The position numbers and the translations under genes were made by a program. Below the pieces are notes generated by a model, which had not been told where the DNA came from, searched no databases, and worked only from the letters and a program-made list of their open reading frames with translations. Shown here one piece after another: positions 35,117 to 47,321 of a DNA stretch of 59,191 nucleotides. Numbering within the stretch: position 1 is the stretch's first letter; each line of letters starts with the position of its first letter. The DNA comes from Nitrospirota bacterium (GTDB lineage: Bacteria; Nitrospirota; UBA9217): positions 1 through 59,191 of the forward strand of contig CAVUHW010000050.1 in the NCBI GenBank assembly GCA_963741205.1. The letters run 5' to 3'.

Positions 35117-35800
35117 ATGGACATCCTCGCAGCACGAAAAAAAGCGGCGGAGAAATCAAAGTCCCGGCAGGAGCCGGAACCGGCATCTCCGGCGGAGCCA
35201 GGGCCTGCCGGCGCGGACGAAACGCCGGCGCCTTGCGAGCCCGCTATGCCCGCGGCCGCGCCGGCTGCGCAGCCTCCTGCGCCGGCCGCGCCACCCTCGG
35301 CTCCGGCGCCCTCCGCGCCCGCGATCCCCGTGGCCGCGGTGCAGGGAGAAACGCCCGGCGATGAGAACGCGAAAGAGACCTCGAAGGAAATAGAGCTGCT
35401 CTCGTTCCGCCTGGGCGGCGAGGAGTACGCCGTCCTGGTGGACGACGTGCGGGAGGTGTTGAAGATCCGCGAACTGACCGCGGTCCCCAACACGCCCGAA
35501 TACATTCTCGGGGTAACATCGCTCCGGGGCACCATGCTTACGGTCATCGATCTCGGCAGGCGGCTCGGCCTCACCCCATGCGCCCGCGACGATCGGGCGC
35601 GCATCGTCGTCGTAAGCCCCGATGATGAAGATGTGGGGCTTTTGGTAGACCGCGTAACCGGGGTGCTCAAGATCATGCCCGAAGGGATCAAGCCGCCGCC
35701 GGAAAACGTCGAACAGGGCGCGGAGTATCTTCGCGGCATCGTCCGCAAAGACGACAGACTGGTGATTCTCCTGGACCTGACGAAGGCCGTGGGAGTTTAA
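35117..35800 (+). CDS. cheW: CheW with a long Pro/Ala-rich N-terminal linker
   Basis: LLSFRLGGEEYA, VPNTPEYILGVTSLRG, GLLVDRV. Confidence 0.9.
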   Translation: MDILAARKKAAEKSKSRQEPEPASPAEPGPAGADETPAPCEPAMPAAAPAAQPPAPAAPPSAPAPSAPAIPVAAVQGETPGDENAKETSKEIELLSFRLGGEEYAVLVDDVREVLKIRELTAVPNTPEYILGVTSLRGTMLTVIDLGRRLGLTPCARDDRARIVVVSPDDEDVGLLVDRVTGVLKIMPEGIKPPPENVEQGAEYLRGIVRKDDRLVILLDLTKAVGV

Positions 35801-35802
35801 AT

Positions 35803-35903
35803 TTCTGCATTTCGGATTGCGGATTGCGGAATTTAACCACCTGATCCGGTTGTTGCTTTTTCAGGTTTTCATTCCGCAATCTGCAATCTACAATCCGCAA
35901 TCG
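35803..35903. repeat. GCGGATT heptamer tandem/inverted repeat
   Basis: TTCGGATTGCGGATTGCGGAAT ... ATTCCGCAATCTGCAATCTACAATCCGCAAT. Confidence 0.75.
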
Positions 35904-35925
35904 ATTAAGGGGGGAGGAAGAGAGT

Positions 35926-38285
35926 ATGAAAAAAGACACGCTACACCGCAGTGCCGTGGTGCTGACGTCATTGCTCCTGGCGACGGCCCTGCTTGGGGCC
36001 TGCGCCAATTCGAACAAAAAATCGACGTCGCCTGCGACCGCTCCCAGCCAGGCAGGGGCTGTGGCGGTGGGCATGAACGTGTGCACTACCTGCCATACCG
36101 TCGTCACCGCGGACTGGCTGGCGAGCAAGCACGCGAACCTTGATCCCGCAGGCGCCCTGGACAGCCCCGGCGTTCCCGCGCTGTCCCAGATCGCAGGCTG
36201 CACCGCGAATTGCCATGACCCGAACGGCGACAGCGGTAAACTCGTGGCCGGCTACACCGGGAACGTTCCGCGCCCCGTCGTTGGCTGCGAGGCCTGCCAC
36301 GGCCCCGGAGAACTCCACGCGGACGCGGGAGGCACCGGCCCGATCGGTTTTGCAAGCGCGCCAGCCGGCGTCATCGGCACGGCGAGCACGGTTCAGGTAT
36401 CGGCCCAGTTCGCGACCTGTTCCCGATGCCATGAGCTTCTGGACCCGGTGGACCCGGCCAACACGCCTGCAACCGCCGTGCATGACGCAGGCGGGAGCGA
36501 CCCGCTCGTCGTGGCCGGGGGTACCAGCTCCAATGCGAACAGCATCACCAGCACGCACTTTGCGAGGAAGAGCGACTGGACCAATACCGACGGCATCAAC
36601 ACGCACCACACCCCGGCGGATTTCATCGCCATCTTCGGCTTTTCCATGGATTTCTCCGGCGAAAAGGTCTGCACCAATTGCCACAACCCTCACCAAAGCG
36701 CGACGATCAACCGCGAGTGGGCCCAGTCCGCCCATGCAGACCGGCAGGGCGCCAAGGAAGATCCATCGTCAAGCGCTCCACTCGGCCCGCCGTTGCAACA
36801 GGGCTTTTTCAGCAGCGCCTGGGCGCACTACAACTGGTCCTGCGACGGAACGAGCACGACGGCATGCGGCGGAACCACGGCGAGCCCCAGCGACCGAAGG
36901 CCCTGCCAGAGGTGCCACACGACCACCGGATTTATTGCCTATGCCGATGCCATCAGGACAGGAGATGTGAATACAGCGACGGCCATCAGGAACGGCCAGG
37001 TGGCCCTTGTGCCCTATACCCCCGACTTCAAGCCGGAGATGCTCAAGTGCAATGGCTGCCACACGGACATTCGGGGCACTCTGCGGAACCCCGGACCGAT
37101 AACCGCGAATTACGACTTCGTTTCCGGCGGCATCACTTATGGTCAATCTTCCCATACCTATCCCGATCTCGCGGGATCGAACGTCTGCATGGCCTGCCAC
37201 ACCGGGAGAGAAAGCGGAGATTCCATCAAGAACGCGGTCTTGTCCGGGCCGACGCTCACGACCTTCCAGAACATCTCGTTCATCAACTCCCACTACCTGA
37301 CAGCCGGCGGAACGATCTTCACGGGTCACGGGATATACGTTCGGGGCGAGGGACTATGCCAACGTCGATATTTACAAGCATGATAAAATCGGGACCCCGG
37401 ACGCCCCCGATACCGGCTCGAACGGCCCCTGCATCGGCTGCCACATGTCGCGGCCGAACAAGAACGGCAACCACATCTTTCTTCCGGTGAGCCGCGATAA
37501 AATCCGGAGAAACAGTCACCATCACGGGCATCGCGAGCGGGGTCTGCTTCCAGTGCCACGGTCCGAACGACGTCCTCATGCTCGACCTCGTCCGAGAGCA
37601 GACGGGAACTGTTCACATACCGCCCTCGAGGCGCATCAAAGACCAGCTGGAAAAACGCGGCTACTTCTTCGCCGACGCCAGCCCCTATTTCTACACACTC
37701 CGGAGCAACACCGGCCTCGTGTCGGTCACGACCGGGTCCACCATCGTCACGAATCTGACCGGGTCGTTCCCGGCGACAATATCCGGCGCAGCGTCCACGC
37801 CGGTCAAAGACCGGTTCCGCGTGGACAGCGACGGTCTCTATTACGCCGTCAAATCCAGGGACAGCGCGACACAGCTCACGCTCCAGTCTCCCTATGCCGG
37901 CCCGTCTACTCCTGCCGGCGGCGCTGCCTATACCATCATCGGCGACGCGGTGAAAAACTGGTTGACGACCTCGGGACCGGCCCCCTTCCCCTTGCCTGAT
38001 ACGGACGCCACGGGCGCTGTCAGCGGGAAAAACAACATGGGCGCGGCCTTCAACTTCAACCTCTTCCGGCACGATCCCGGGGCCTATGCGCACAACCGCT
38101 ACTACGTGAAGCGTCTCTTGTATGATTCCATCGATTGGCTCGACGATAATCTGCTCAATTTTTCGGTAGGAACGACGCTCACCGCCGTCTGCAACGCCGC
38201 GCAGCCGCCGACGTGGTGCGACGGGGCAAAGGCCTATCTTCTGCCGAACGGCGTGCTCAACGGCGTCGCCGCAGAACGTCCGTAA
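35926..38285 (+). CDS. Outer-surface multiheme cytochrome lipoprotein, OmcB/OmcC-like (frameshifted)
   Basis: Lipobox LGAC; 9 CXXCH plus one CX3CH; CHTGRESG and C-terminal GAAFNFNL..HDPGAYAHNRYYVKRLLYDSID as in Geobacter OmcB-type proteins. Confidence 0.82.
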
Positions 38286-38317
38286 CCTACACTGGAAGTA
38301 AAGGAGGTCTCAGCCAC

Positions 38318-39325
38318 ATGACACGATTTTTGATGCGGGAAAAATTGCTGGCACTCGCGCTGCTCGCCGTCTTCTTTGCGGCGGGGTGCGCGGTGCTCAA
38401 GGAGTCGCGGCCCATCCTGCCGATCAAGGAGTACGAAAAAATGATCGCCGGGCGGCTCGACGCGGATTACGTGGGCACGGACGCCTGCCTCAAGGCCTGC
38501 CACGCCCACGATACGATCCGCCGCTATTTCGACCTGTCCACCATGGGCGCTCAGCTCTCGAGGGAGTCGGGCATGCCGGTCGTGAACTGCGAGAGCTGCC
38601 ACGGCCCGGGGAGCCTCGCGATCGATCCGCTCACTCCCGAACGCCTTGCCGCGGACGCCATGGCGAACAAACAGACGGCCTGCGACTTCAAGACCTTCAT
38701 CGATATCAAGAACCTGCCCGCCCAGGCCAAGTCGCTCATCTGCCTCAAGTGCCATACGGCAAACGCGACCTTCAACCTCCACAACTGGAACGCGGGCGTT
38801 CACAGCGTCGCCGACGTGTCCTGCTCCGATTGCCATCCCATCCACGCGGGGCCCAACCTGAAGGTCCGTCCCCGCGACATGGCGGAGATGTGCGACAAGT
38901 GCCATGCCGACGTCAAGGCGGCGTTCACGCTGCCGAACCATCACCCGGTCCCCGAGAAAAAAGTCTTCTGTACCGACTGCCACGACCCGCACGGAAGCGC
39001 CAACGAAAAAAGCCTGCGGCGGGAGACGGTCAAGGAGACCTGCACGCAGTGCCATGCCGAAAAAGAAGGCCCCTTCGTGTACGAACACGCCGATCTGACC
39101 GAGGACTGCCGGGCCTGTCATACGCCGCACGGCTCGGTGAACAACAACCTGCTGATCCTGCGCGAACCGTTCCTGTGTCTGCAGTGCCATCCGTCGCACC
39201 AGATCGGGAGTACGACGACTCCGGAGATCAAGCAGGCGTACTACACGCGCTGCACCGACTGCCACTCACAGATCCACGGCACGGACCTGCCTTCGCCTTC
39301 CGGCCAGGGCAGATTCACCCAATAG
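38318..39325 (+). CDS. DmsE/MtrA-like decaheme cytochrome c
   Basis: 9 CXXCH plus CLKACH; YVG, HHPV, CHAEKEGPFVYEH, PHGSVN, PFLCLQCH, IHG. Confidence 0.9.
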   Translation: MTRFLMREKLLALALLAVFFAAGCAVLKESRPILPIKEYEKMIAGRLDADYVGTDACLKACHAHDTIRRYFDLSTMGAQLSRESGMPVVNCESCHGPGSLAIDPLTPERLAADAMANKQTACDFKTFIDIKNLPAQAKSLICLKCHTANATFNLHNWNAGVHSVADVSCSDCHPIHAGPNLKVRPRDMAEMCDKCHADVKAAFTLPNHHPVPEKKVFCTDCHDPHGSANEKSLRRETVKETCTQCHAEKEGPFVYEHADLTEDCRACHTPHGSVNNNLLILREPFLCLQCHPSHQIGSTTTPEIKQAYYTRCTDCHSQIHGTDLPSPSGQGRFTQ

Positions 39326-39335
39326 GAGGCTCGAC

Positions 39336-41268
39336 GTGAAAAAACATATTATTCTCGCGCTCATGTTTCTGATCTGGGCCTCGTCGGCCATGGCGCAGGA
39401 TTCGGCAGAGGCCGTCCGGGAGCTTGAACCCGGGGAGCAGACATTTACAGGCTTTATCGGGCCGAGCTACAACTGGGTATCGCAGGACCGGAGCTCCCGA
39501 GCAGGCGAGTACGAGTTCCTCGAATCATCCCCCGGCGGCGTCCTGCACTCCGAGTGGTACCCGCTGCCGAACCGGTTTTCTCTCGACATGAACTATCTGA
39601 ACCGGAAGGATTACTTCGGTGAGATGGATTACGCCTATCGCGACGTCTTCGTGGTGGACCTCCTCACCCGGGGCATGTTCCACAATCTCGACCATTTCAG
39701 CCTGGGCGTCGACGACCCGACGACGCCCAGCCCGAGTTTCACCGACCTCAATCCCGACGGACCAATACGGCATCGAGAGCCAGGTTCGCAAGGGGTTCGT
39801 CAGATTCAAGATTCCCGACTTCCCCTTCCACCTCTACGCGAGCGCCACGACGTCGGACCGCGAGGGCAAGGTCCAGCAGATATTTCTGCGCGGCTTTACC
39901 GGCGGACTGGACAAGGTTTCCCAAACCCGACAAATCGACTGGAACTCCCAGGAGGTCCTGGTCGGAGCGAACAGCCACCTCGGGCCTGTCGAGGTCGATT
40001 ACAGCCACTCGGAAAAGAAGTTTCAATCGATCGTGGACAAGGTCCTCTTTGACGTCTATCCTCTCTTTACGGCGCCGCACAACCTGGTACCGGAACTGAA
40101 GTCGTCCTCCGATACGGTCAAACTGCACACCTCCTACACGGGAAAGATCGTGGCCGCGGTGACCTACTCGAGCGGCGACAAGAAGAACGTGGACAGCGGC
40201 GCAACGGCCGACTTCCGGAACGCGGCCGGCGACCTGACGATCACACCGGCCCCGGGCCTCTTGTTCTTCCTGAAGTACCGGCACTACGACCTCTCGTTAA
40301 GCACTCCGGACACCGTGACCGTGCCGGGGCTCGGCAGCACCTTCAACGTCCGCGTTCCCATCTCTTCGACGCGGGATGTCCTGACCGGGGCATTCCGCTA
40401 CCGCATGACCACCAGCGTGGTCGTCAGAGGCGAGTACGCGGTCGAAGTGACCGAACGTGAGGCGTCGCACGGGGCCCCATTCACGCCGCTCCAGATCGCG
40501 CCTGCGCAGATAGGGACAGGGCCCAATGAATGGGACGTCTCCCATCGGACCCTGAAAACCACGGAGAAGCTCGGCATATCCTACCGGTTATCCGGCAAAC
40601 TCTCCCTGCGGGCGGATATCGCAGCCACCCAGGTCGCGGACCCGGCATACGCCGACGACCCGGACCGGGTCGCTTCCGGCAAGGCCACCGTCACCTGGAC
40701 GCCCGTCTCGAAAGTCATCGCCCTCGTGAGCTACGGCGGCGTCAGGGAAAAACGGGACGATCTGACGGCCCCGCTGGCGGGCGGCAGCAGGAAGACCGAC
40801 CGCGATCAGGCGCTCGGCAGCGTTACGTACCTCGTCGGCAGACGCTCCTCCGTGACGGCAAGCTACCTGTATTTCAAGAACAGGACGTCTGAAACCCTGA
40901 CGTTCACCGACCTGTCCGGCGCATTCACCATCGAAGACGGCGTGCCCTACGGGGACAAGGCGCAGGTCTTCTCGCTGTCTGCGAGCCAGTCCGTCGGAGA
41001 AGGGACCACGCTGACCGCCGAGGCGAGCAAGAGCTACTCGAGCGGCAGCTTCAGGCTCAACGGCTCCGTTCCCAATACCACGGGCATCGACGTCCTCTCG
41101 GACATGAAAGTAGTTGAAGACATTTATTTCGTGGGCGTCGAAATACAGTTCAGCAGAAACACCGGCGGCGAACTCCGGTTTCAACGCCGGCACTACGATG
41201 ACAAGATCAACAACACACAGGATGGCAGGGTGGACACCACTCTGGCCATGCTGCACGTGAAATGGTAG
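39336..41268 (+). CDS. MtrB/PioB-like outer-membrane beta-barrel (one frameshift)
   Basis: Signal peptide, RAGEY, HNLDH, amphipathic Tyr-rich strands, terminal Trp; directly follows the decaheme gene. Confidence 0.78.
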
Positions 41269-41276
41269 CGGGAGGA

Positions 41277-42206
41277 ATGATGAGAAGGACTCTGTATATA
41301 CTGTTCTGCGCGATGCTCCTGGGCGGGATTCCCGCGTTCGCGGCGGAGAAGACGGTCGGAGTGGTCATGTCGGGGAACATCGGATATTACCAGGAAATCC
41401 ACAGGGCCTTCGTCGCTGAGCTTGCCAGGGAGGGCCTTGATCACCGAAAGATCGACACGCTGCTCCAGATGCCTTCCCCGGACCCGATGTCGTGGACGAA
41501 CGCGACCCGGAAACTGGTGGTCGCCGAGGTCGATGTGCTCGTCACCTATGGCGCTCCCGCGGCCTTGGCCGCCATCAAGGAGACAAAGAGCGTGCCGCTC
41601 GTTTTTGCCGGCGTCTATGACCCCGCTGCCTGCGGCGTCGCGGCCAGGAATGTTACCGGCATCAGTTCGAAAGTGCCGCTCACCAGCCTGCTCAAGTACC
41701 TGAAAAAAATGGTGCCCTTTACCAAGCTTGCCATCGTCTACAACGAGCTGGAGCCTGATTCGGTCAAGCAGGCGGAGGAGCTAGCCCAGCTCGAGGGCCA
41801 ATACGGGTTCCAGACGGTAAGGATGTCCGTGAAGAAAACGGAAGACGCCAAGAAGCTCTCCTTCGCCGGCAAGGCGGACGCGGTTTTGATCTCGGTCAGC
41901 TCCGTCGTGAACGAGGCCCTCGATGCGGTCGTGAAAAACGCTCATGCCGCAAACGCCCCCACCATCAGTCAGCTCGGCGGCACAGCAGAACACGGCGTCA
42001 TCCTGAGCCTTGCCCCGAGCGCGACGGAGCAGGGAGAGGCCGCAGCCAGACTTACGGCTCGCCTCCTGCGGGGTGAAAAACCTGCCAGCCTCCCCTCGGA
42101 GGTGCCCAAGCTCGTGGAGCTGGTCTTGAACCTCAAGGAGGCGGGCACCATGGGGCTCAAGGTGCCCTTCGATCTCATCACGGACGCGACCAGGGTGATC
42201 AAATGA
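41277..42206 (+). CDS. ABC-type substrate-binding protein (ABC_sub_bind-like) with no cognate transporter
   Basis: Signal peptide, [42 protein letters not shown]. Confidence 0.85.
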   Translation: MMRRTLYILFCAMLLGGIPAFAAEKTVGVVMSGNIGYYQEIHRAFVAELAREGLDHRKIDTLLQMPSPDPMSWTNATRKLVVAEVDVLVTYGAPAALAAIKETKSVPLVFAGVYDPAACGVAARNVTGISSKVPLTSLLKYLKKMVPFTKLAIVYNELEPDSVKQAEELAQLEGQYGFQTVRMSVKKTEDAKKLSFAGKADAVLISVSSVVNEALDAVVKNAHAANAPTISQLGGTAEHGVILSLAPSATEQGEAAARLTARLLRGEKPASLPSEVPKLVELVLNLKEAGTMGLKVPFDLITDATRVIK

Positions 42207-44296
42207 AACTGACGGCTGCCATGAACCTGAAAACCCGGGCTGTCCTGGTTACCGGCGGCATTCTGCTCCTGGCAATGCTGGTGAACACGCTCATCAACGC
42301 CGCCGTTGCAAGGAGCCGGTATGAGGAAGCGCTCATGGGCAGGACGACCGCCCTCGCCGAACAAATTCACAAGGACATCCGCAAGGCGGTAGGGTTCGGC
42401 CTTTCACTCAATGCGCTCGAGGGCATGGGAGACAAGCTGCGGGGCCTTTTGGATGAGGACCGCGAGCTCTCGTACGCGATGCTCATGGATGCCGAGGGCA
42501 AAGTCCTCTACGCCAGCGACCGCGCCGTGGAAAACACGACGCCGGGAGACGAGGCGAGCAAGAAGGCCCTTGCCGCGAATGAGCCGCTGGTCCAGCATTT
42601 CAGCGACCAGAAGGGCGGCCACTACGAGAGAGCTATTCCCCTCTCCGGTCCCGACGGGAAAAAAATCGGCGTCCTCCGGATAGCGCTCAAGCAAGAGGCT
42701 ATCAACCTTCGGGTGCGGAGCCTGCTTTTGTGGTCTCTCCTCGTTGGCCTCGTCAGCTTTCTTGCCGCCGTCGCCCTCGTCTCGCTCTTCATGGACCGCG
42801 GCATCACGCGGCCCATCAGCGAGATGTCGAAAACGGCCAGTATCATGGCGGCGGGCGACCTTTCTCGGGAGATCCCCATCAAGGGCCGGACCGAGATCGA
42901 CGAGCTCGGCAACGCCATCAACACCATGTCGGCCAATCTTCGGGAAATGCTCGGCAGGATCCGGGCCACGGGGGCGGGGCTGTCGGACACGATGTCGCTC
43001 ATGAGCGGCGCCACGCTCAAGATGAGCCAGGGGGCGAGGGTGCAGCAGGAATCGACCGAGCAAACGGCGATGGTCGTGGGCGAAATGGTCGCGTCGATCA
43101 AGGGCGTCGACGAAAACGCCCGCGACATGTCACGCGCCGCCACGGACGCATCGGCTTCGGCGTCGGAAATGGCGGCATCCATCGCGGAGGTGGCCAGAAA
43201 CGCCGGGGAGCTTGCGCTTGCCGCGGAAGACACGGCCTCGTCCATCGAACAGATGATCGCCTCCATCAAGCAGGTATCGGAGAACTCCGTCGCGCTTTCC
43301 GCCTCGGCGGAGCAGACCTCATCGTCCGTCACCGAGATGAGCGCGGCGGTGAAGGAAGTGGAGAGCCGCGCCGTGGAATCGGCGCGTCTGGCGGAAAAAG
43401 TCTCCCGCGAGGCGTCGGAGCGCGGCATGGTCGCGGCGGCGGAAGCGATCAAGGGCATGCAGAACATCAAGAACGAGGTCGAGGCCACCGCGGAGGTGGT
43501 GAACCGTCTCGGGAAGCGGTCGCAGGAGATCGGCCAGATCCTGAAGGTCATCGATGAAGTAACCGACCAGACGGGCCTCCTGGCCCTGAACGCGGCCATC
43601 CTTGCGGCGCAGGCCGGCGAGCACGGGAAGGGCTTCGCCGTCGTCGCCGAGGAAATCAAGGACCTCGCGGAGCGGACGGCCGCCTCGACCCAGGAGATCT
43701 CCGGTCTCATCTCGTCGGTGCGGGAAGAAACCTCCCAGAGCGTTCAGGCAATGGGCAGGGGCCTCAAGGCCGTCGAGGAGGGCGTCGCCCTCGTGAACGT
43801 GACCAGCGACGTGCTCGATCAGGTCGCTGACAGCTCACGCCTTTCGGCGGAGATGGCGCGGGCCATCGAAAAGACGACGGCGGAGCAAGCGAAAGGCGTG
43901 TCGCAGATCACGGAGACCTCCCTCAGCGTCGCGGACCAGGTCGATCAGATATCGAAGGCGCTCCAGGAGCAGCGCCGGGGCAGCGATCGGATCGCGCAGG
44001 CGGCGGAACGGATGCGGGAGATCACCCGTCAGGTAAAGTCCGCCGCGCAGGAGCAGACCACGGGAAGCAGGCAGATCGCAAACGCCGTCGAATCCGTGAC
44101 GGTTCAGGCGTCCCAGGTCGCCCGCTCCACCTCCGAGCAGAATCTTGCGGCGCAGCAGATCAGCGACGCGATCGACCGTATCCAGAAGATCACCCAGGAT
44201 AACGTCGGCGTGTCCGTTGAGATGGACAGAGCGGCGCAGACACTCAAGACGAAGGCGGACACGCTCCAAAAAGAATTGGAAGGGTTCAGGTTCTAG
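42203..44296 (+). CDS. Methyl-accepting chemotaxis protein 1
   Basis: 2 TM, periplasmic domain, [31 protein letters not shown]. Confidence 0.95.
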   Translation: MKLTAAMNLKTRAVLVTGGILLLAMLVNTLINAAVARSRYEEALMGRTTALAEQIHKDIRKAVGFGLSLNALEGMGDKLRGLLDEDRELSYAMLMDAEGKVLYASDRAVENTTPGDEASKKALAANEPLVQHFSDQKGGHYERAIPLSGPDGKKIGVLRIALKQEAINLRVRSLLLWSLLVGLVSFLAAVALVSLFMDRGITRPISEMSKTASIMAAGDLSREIPIKGRTEIDELGNAINTMSANLREMLGRIRATGAGLSDTMSLMSGATLKMSQGARVQQESTEQTAMVVGEMVASIKGVDENARDMSRAATDASASASEMAASIAEVARNAGELALAAEDTASSIEQMIASIKQVSENSVALSASAEQTSSSVTEMSAAVKEVESRAVESARLAEKVSREASERGMVAAAEAIKGMQNIKNEVEATAEVVNRLGKRSQEIGQILKVIDEVTDQTGLLALNAAILAAQAGEHGKGFAVVAEEIKDLAERTAASTQEISGLISSVREETSQSVQAMGRGLKAVEEGVALVNVTSDVLDQVADSSRLSAEMARAIEKTTAEQAKGVSQITETSLSVADQVDQISKALQEQRRGSDRIAQAAERMREITRQVKSAAQEQTTGSRQIANAVESVTVQASQVARSTSEQNLAAQQISDAIDRIQKITQDNVGVSVEMDRAAQTLKTKADTLQKELEGFRF

Positions 44297-44328
44297 AGGC
44301 GGACGGGGGGACGGAACAAATATTTACC

Positions 44329-44443
44329 AGGCGCGAAGGACGCGAAGGTTTTTTGGCTCGAGCCACGACGAGGTGCAACTGCCTTGGTCCATAAAACATC
44401 CGCGTTTAATGCCTTCCTTAGCGTCCCTCGCGCCTTCGCGGTT
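44329..44443. repeat. CGCGAAGGA 9-mer inverted-repeat element
   Basis: GCGCGAAGGACGCGAAGG ... CCTTAGCGTCCCTCGCGCCTTCGCG. Confidence 0.65.
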
Positions 44444-44476
44444 CCAAGTTTTTTTAATCCGGGTTAGGAGGCAACG

Positions 44477-47266
44477 GTGGGCATCGGCGTAAGACAACGT
44501 CTCATAGTCCTGATCTTTTCGGGTCTCTTCGTGGCCATGGGACTTACCGGGACCTATCAATACTTCACGGAGGAGCGGGAGCTGATCGCGGAGGCCCGCG
44601 GTCGCGGCGAAGAGTCCTCCAAGTTCCTCGCGGCGCTCGCCGCGCCCTCCCTGTCGGCGTCGGACACCGGCGGGCTGGAGCGCCTGGCAAAATCGTTCAT
44701 GCGTTCGTCCGATGCCCGTGAGGTCGCCATTGCCGACCGGGAGGGGCGTCAGCTCGTCCACACCGCCAATCCGCTTCCCTCGGGGAAAGGCATCCCGATC
44801 GCGCCGGCGCCCGTCATGGCGGACTCGGTGCGGCTCGGCGAAGTCCGGATCTCCGTGTACCCGGCCGACCTGGAAGGCAGGCTCATGGCCCGGGCGATCC
44901 AAATGCTTCTCGAGTACCTCGTGACCTTCTTCATCCTTGCGGGGCTGGTGTTCTCCTGGGCCACCAGGTCCATCACGTCGCCGCTCAGGGGGCTCGCGAG
45001 CACCCTCCGGGACGTGACCGACCGGAAAGATTTCACGCTGCGGGCCGCTGCGGGCCGCGGCGACGAGCTCGGTGAACTCGCGAACGGAGTCAATCACCTC
45101 ATCCAGCGGATGGAGCAGTTCGTCGCCGAGATCGGCGCCGTCTCTGCGCGTATCGATGAGCTCTCCCCGACGCTTGCGGCCGATACGCGCGAGGTCCGGA
45201 AAAGCGCCGACGTCGAGGCCGAGGCCATCCAGAGCGTTTCCTCGTCAGTCTCGGAGATGTCGTCGTCGATCCAGTCCATAGCCGAGAGCGCGGACAGCCT
45301 CAAGGCTTCGGCCGAAGAGACCTCGTCGGCTATCCTCGAGCTGAACGCGTCCAACCAGGAGGTTGCGCGCCATACCGGGGAACTGACGAACTCGGTGGAG
45401 GACGTGACCGCGTCGGTCACCGAAATGATCGCGTCGATCCGCGAGGTGGCGGGCCATGTCGAAAGTCTTTCGTCAGCGGCCGAGCAGACCTCTGCGTCCG
45501 CCGTTGAAATCGAGGCAACGGTCCACGAGGTCGAGCGCGCCGCGATGGAGTCCGCCAAACTCTCGCTGCAGGTATCGGCGGAGGCGAAGGACATCGGCGT
45601 GACCTCGATCCAAAAGACCGTCGCTGCGATCAATGCGATCAAGGAAGCGGTGGAGCGCTACTCAGGCCTGGTCTCCCGGCTCGGGAAGCGTTCCGAGGAG
45701 ATTGGCAAGATCCTCGGCGTGATCGTCGAGGTAACGGAGAGGACGAACCTTTTGGCGCTGAACGCCTCGATCCTTGCGGCGCAGGCCGGCGAGCACGGCA
45801 AGGGGTTCGCCGTGGTTGCGGAAGAGATCAAGGCGCTCGCCGACCGCACGGCCGGTTCCGCCCAGGACATCGCCAAGCTCGTCACGGCTGTCCAGAAGGA
45901 GGCGAAGGAGGCCGTTCTCGCCATGTCCGACGGTCTCGCGGCCGTGGGCGAGGGAGTGAAGCGCTCCCAGGAGGCGGACTCAGCGCTCGATAAGATTCTG
46001 GACAGCTCGGCCCGATCGGCGGACATGTCCACCATGATCGAACGGGCGATGAGCGAACAGGCTCGCGGGATCAAGCAGGTAACCGAAGCGATCACGAACG
46101 TGAAGCAGATGATGGTTCAGATCGCCGCGGCCACCCAGGCGCAGAACAAGGGCACTGAGATGATCCTGGGCACGGCGGAGAACATGCGGGACATCTCGCG
46201 TCGCGTGAAAGCGGCGATGACCGAGCAGGGGCGCGGCGGCAAACAGATCGCCGTAGCGGCTGAAAACGTATCCATGCGGGCCGCTACGATCGCGACGGGG
46301 ACAGGGGAGCAACAACAGGCAATCATCCAGATCCTGAAGTCCGTAGAACGGATCCAGGACCTCCCCCGCGAGAACCAGAAACGCATGGAGGGCCTGGCCG
46401 CCGCTCTCAAGGCCTTCGGCGAACAGGCGGACCTCCTCAAACAGGAATTCAGCGCCGTAACCGTCGGGAAGGGCCGCCGCGCGGGCGGCGCGCTCTTGAT
46501 GGGCGTGATTCCGCTCGACTCTCCGGCGGAGATGTTCCGTCGGTTCACACCCCTCGCCGACTTCCTCGGACGAACTATCGGCAGACGGGTGGAGCTGTCG
46601 ACGGCGGTGGATTTCGCCCGTACGGTAGGCGATCTCGCAGAGGGCCATACGGACCTGGCATTCCTGACCCCGACGACGTACATCGAGGCGCGCCGGCAAT
46701 GCGGCGCCGAGCTTCTCGCGAAGGCGCTCCGCCGGGGCGTGCCCGCGATGCACGCGGCCATCGTGGTCCGGACCGACGGCGGCATCAAGCGGATCGAGGA
46801 TCTCAAGGGTAAGCGCTTCGCCTTCGGCGACAAGATGTCCACCACGAGCTATCTCATCCCTCGCTCCATGCTGACCGAGGCCGGCCTCGGGCTGGACGAT
46901 TTGAAGGGGCATGCCTTCCTGGGCCATCACGATGACGTGGCAAAGGCGGTCCTGGCGGGGGAGTACGACGCCGGGGGGCTCCGCGAGACGATCGGCAGGG
47001 CGTTTGAAGGCCGGGGGCTCTCCGTCCTCAAGACGTCCGCCGAAATACCCGAGTTCAACATCTGCGCGTCCAAGGACCTGGACCGGACCGTCGCGGAAGA
47101 ACTCAAAAAAGCGTTGCTTTCCCTGGACGCAAACAACCGGGAGCATGCACGGATGCTTGGCCTGATCGATCCGGAGTACACGGGCTTCACGGAGGCAGCG
47201 GACAGCGATTACGACGGGGTCCGCCGGATCATGGAGCGGTTGGCGGGAACGGAAATCACGGTCTAA
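44477..47266 (+). CDS. Methyl-accepting chemotaxis protein fused to a C-terminal PhnD/phosphonate-binding-like domain
   Basis: 2 TM, HAMP, MCP tip; then [47 protein letters not shown] in the same frame. Confidence 0.9.
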   Translation: MGIGVRQRLIVLIFSGLFVAMGLTGTYQYFTEERELIAEARGRGEESSKFLAALAAPSLSASDTGGLERLAKSFMRSSDAREVAIADREGRQLVHTANPLPSGKGIPIAPAPVMADSVRLGEVRISVYPADLEGRLMARAIQMLLEYLVTFFILAGLVFSWATRSITSPLRGLASTLRDVTDRKDFTLRAAAGRGDELGELANGVNHLIQRMEQFVAEIGAVSARIDELSPTLAADTREVRKSADVEAEAIQSVSSSVSEMSSSIQSIAESADSLKASAEETSSAILELNASNQEVARHTGELTNSVEDVTASVTEMIASIREVAGHVESLSSAAEQTSASAVEIEATVHEVERAAMESAKLSLQVSAEAKDIGVTSIQKTVAAINAIKEAVERYSGLVSRLGKRSEEIGKILGVIVEVTERTNLLALNASILAAQAGEHGKGFAVVAEEIKALADRTAGSAQDIAKLVTAVQKEAKEAVLAMSDGLAAVGEGVKRSQEADSALDKILDSSARSADMSTMIERAMSEQARGIKQVTEAITNVKQMMVQIAAATQAQNKGTEMILGTAENMRDISRRVKAAMTEQGRGGKQIAVAAENVSMRAATIATGTGEQQQAIIQILKSVERIQDLPRENQKRMEGLAAALKAFGEQADLLKQEFSAVTVGKGRRAGGALLMGVIPLDSPAEMFRRFTPLADFLGRTIGRRVELSTAVDFARTVGDLAEGHTDLAFLTPTTYIEARRQCGAELLAKALRRGVPAMHAAIVVRTDGGIKRIEDLKGKRFAFGDKMSTTSYLIPRSMLTEAGLGLDDLKGHAFLGHHDDVAKAVLAGEYDAGGLRETIGRAFEGRGLSVLKTSAEIPEFNICASKDLDRTVAEELKKALLSLDANNREHARMLGLIDPEYTGFTEAADSDYDGVRRIMERLAGTEITV

Positions 47267-47321
47267 CGCCGCTTCGCCCGCAGGGCGGGGCCGGCAACGA
47301 CAGCGCGAAAGACGAGGGACT

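Noticed and set aside
31976-35903. Short tandem repeats as a possible CRISPR array
   Set aside because: Units are 7 bp with no repeat-spacer structure and no cas genes
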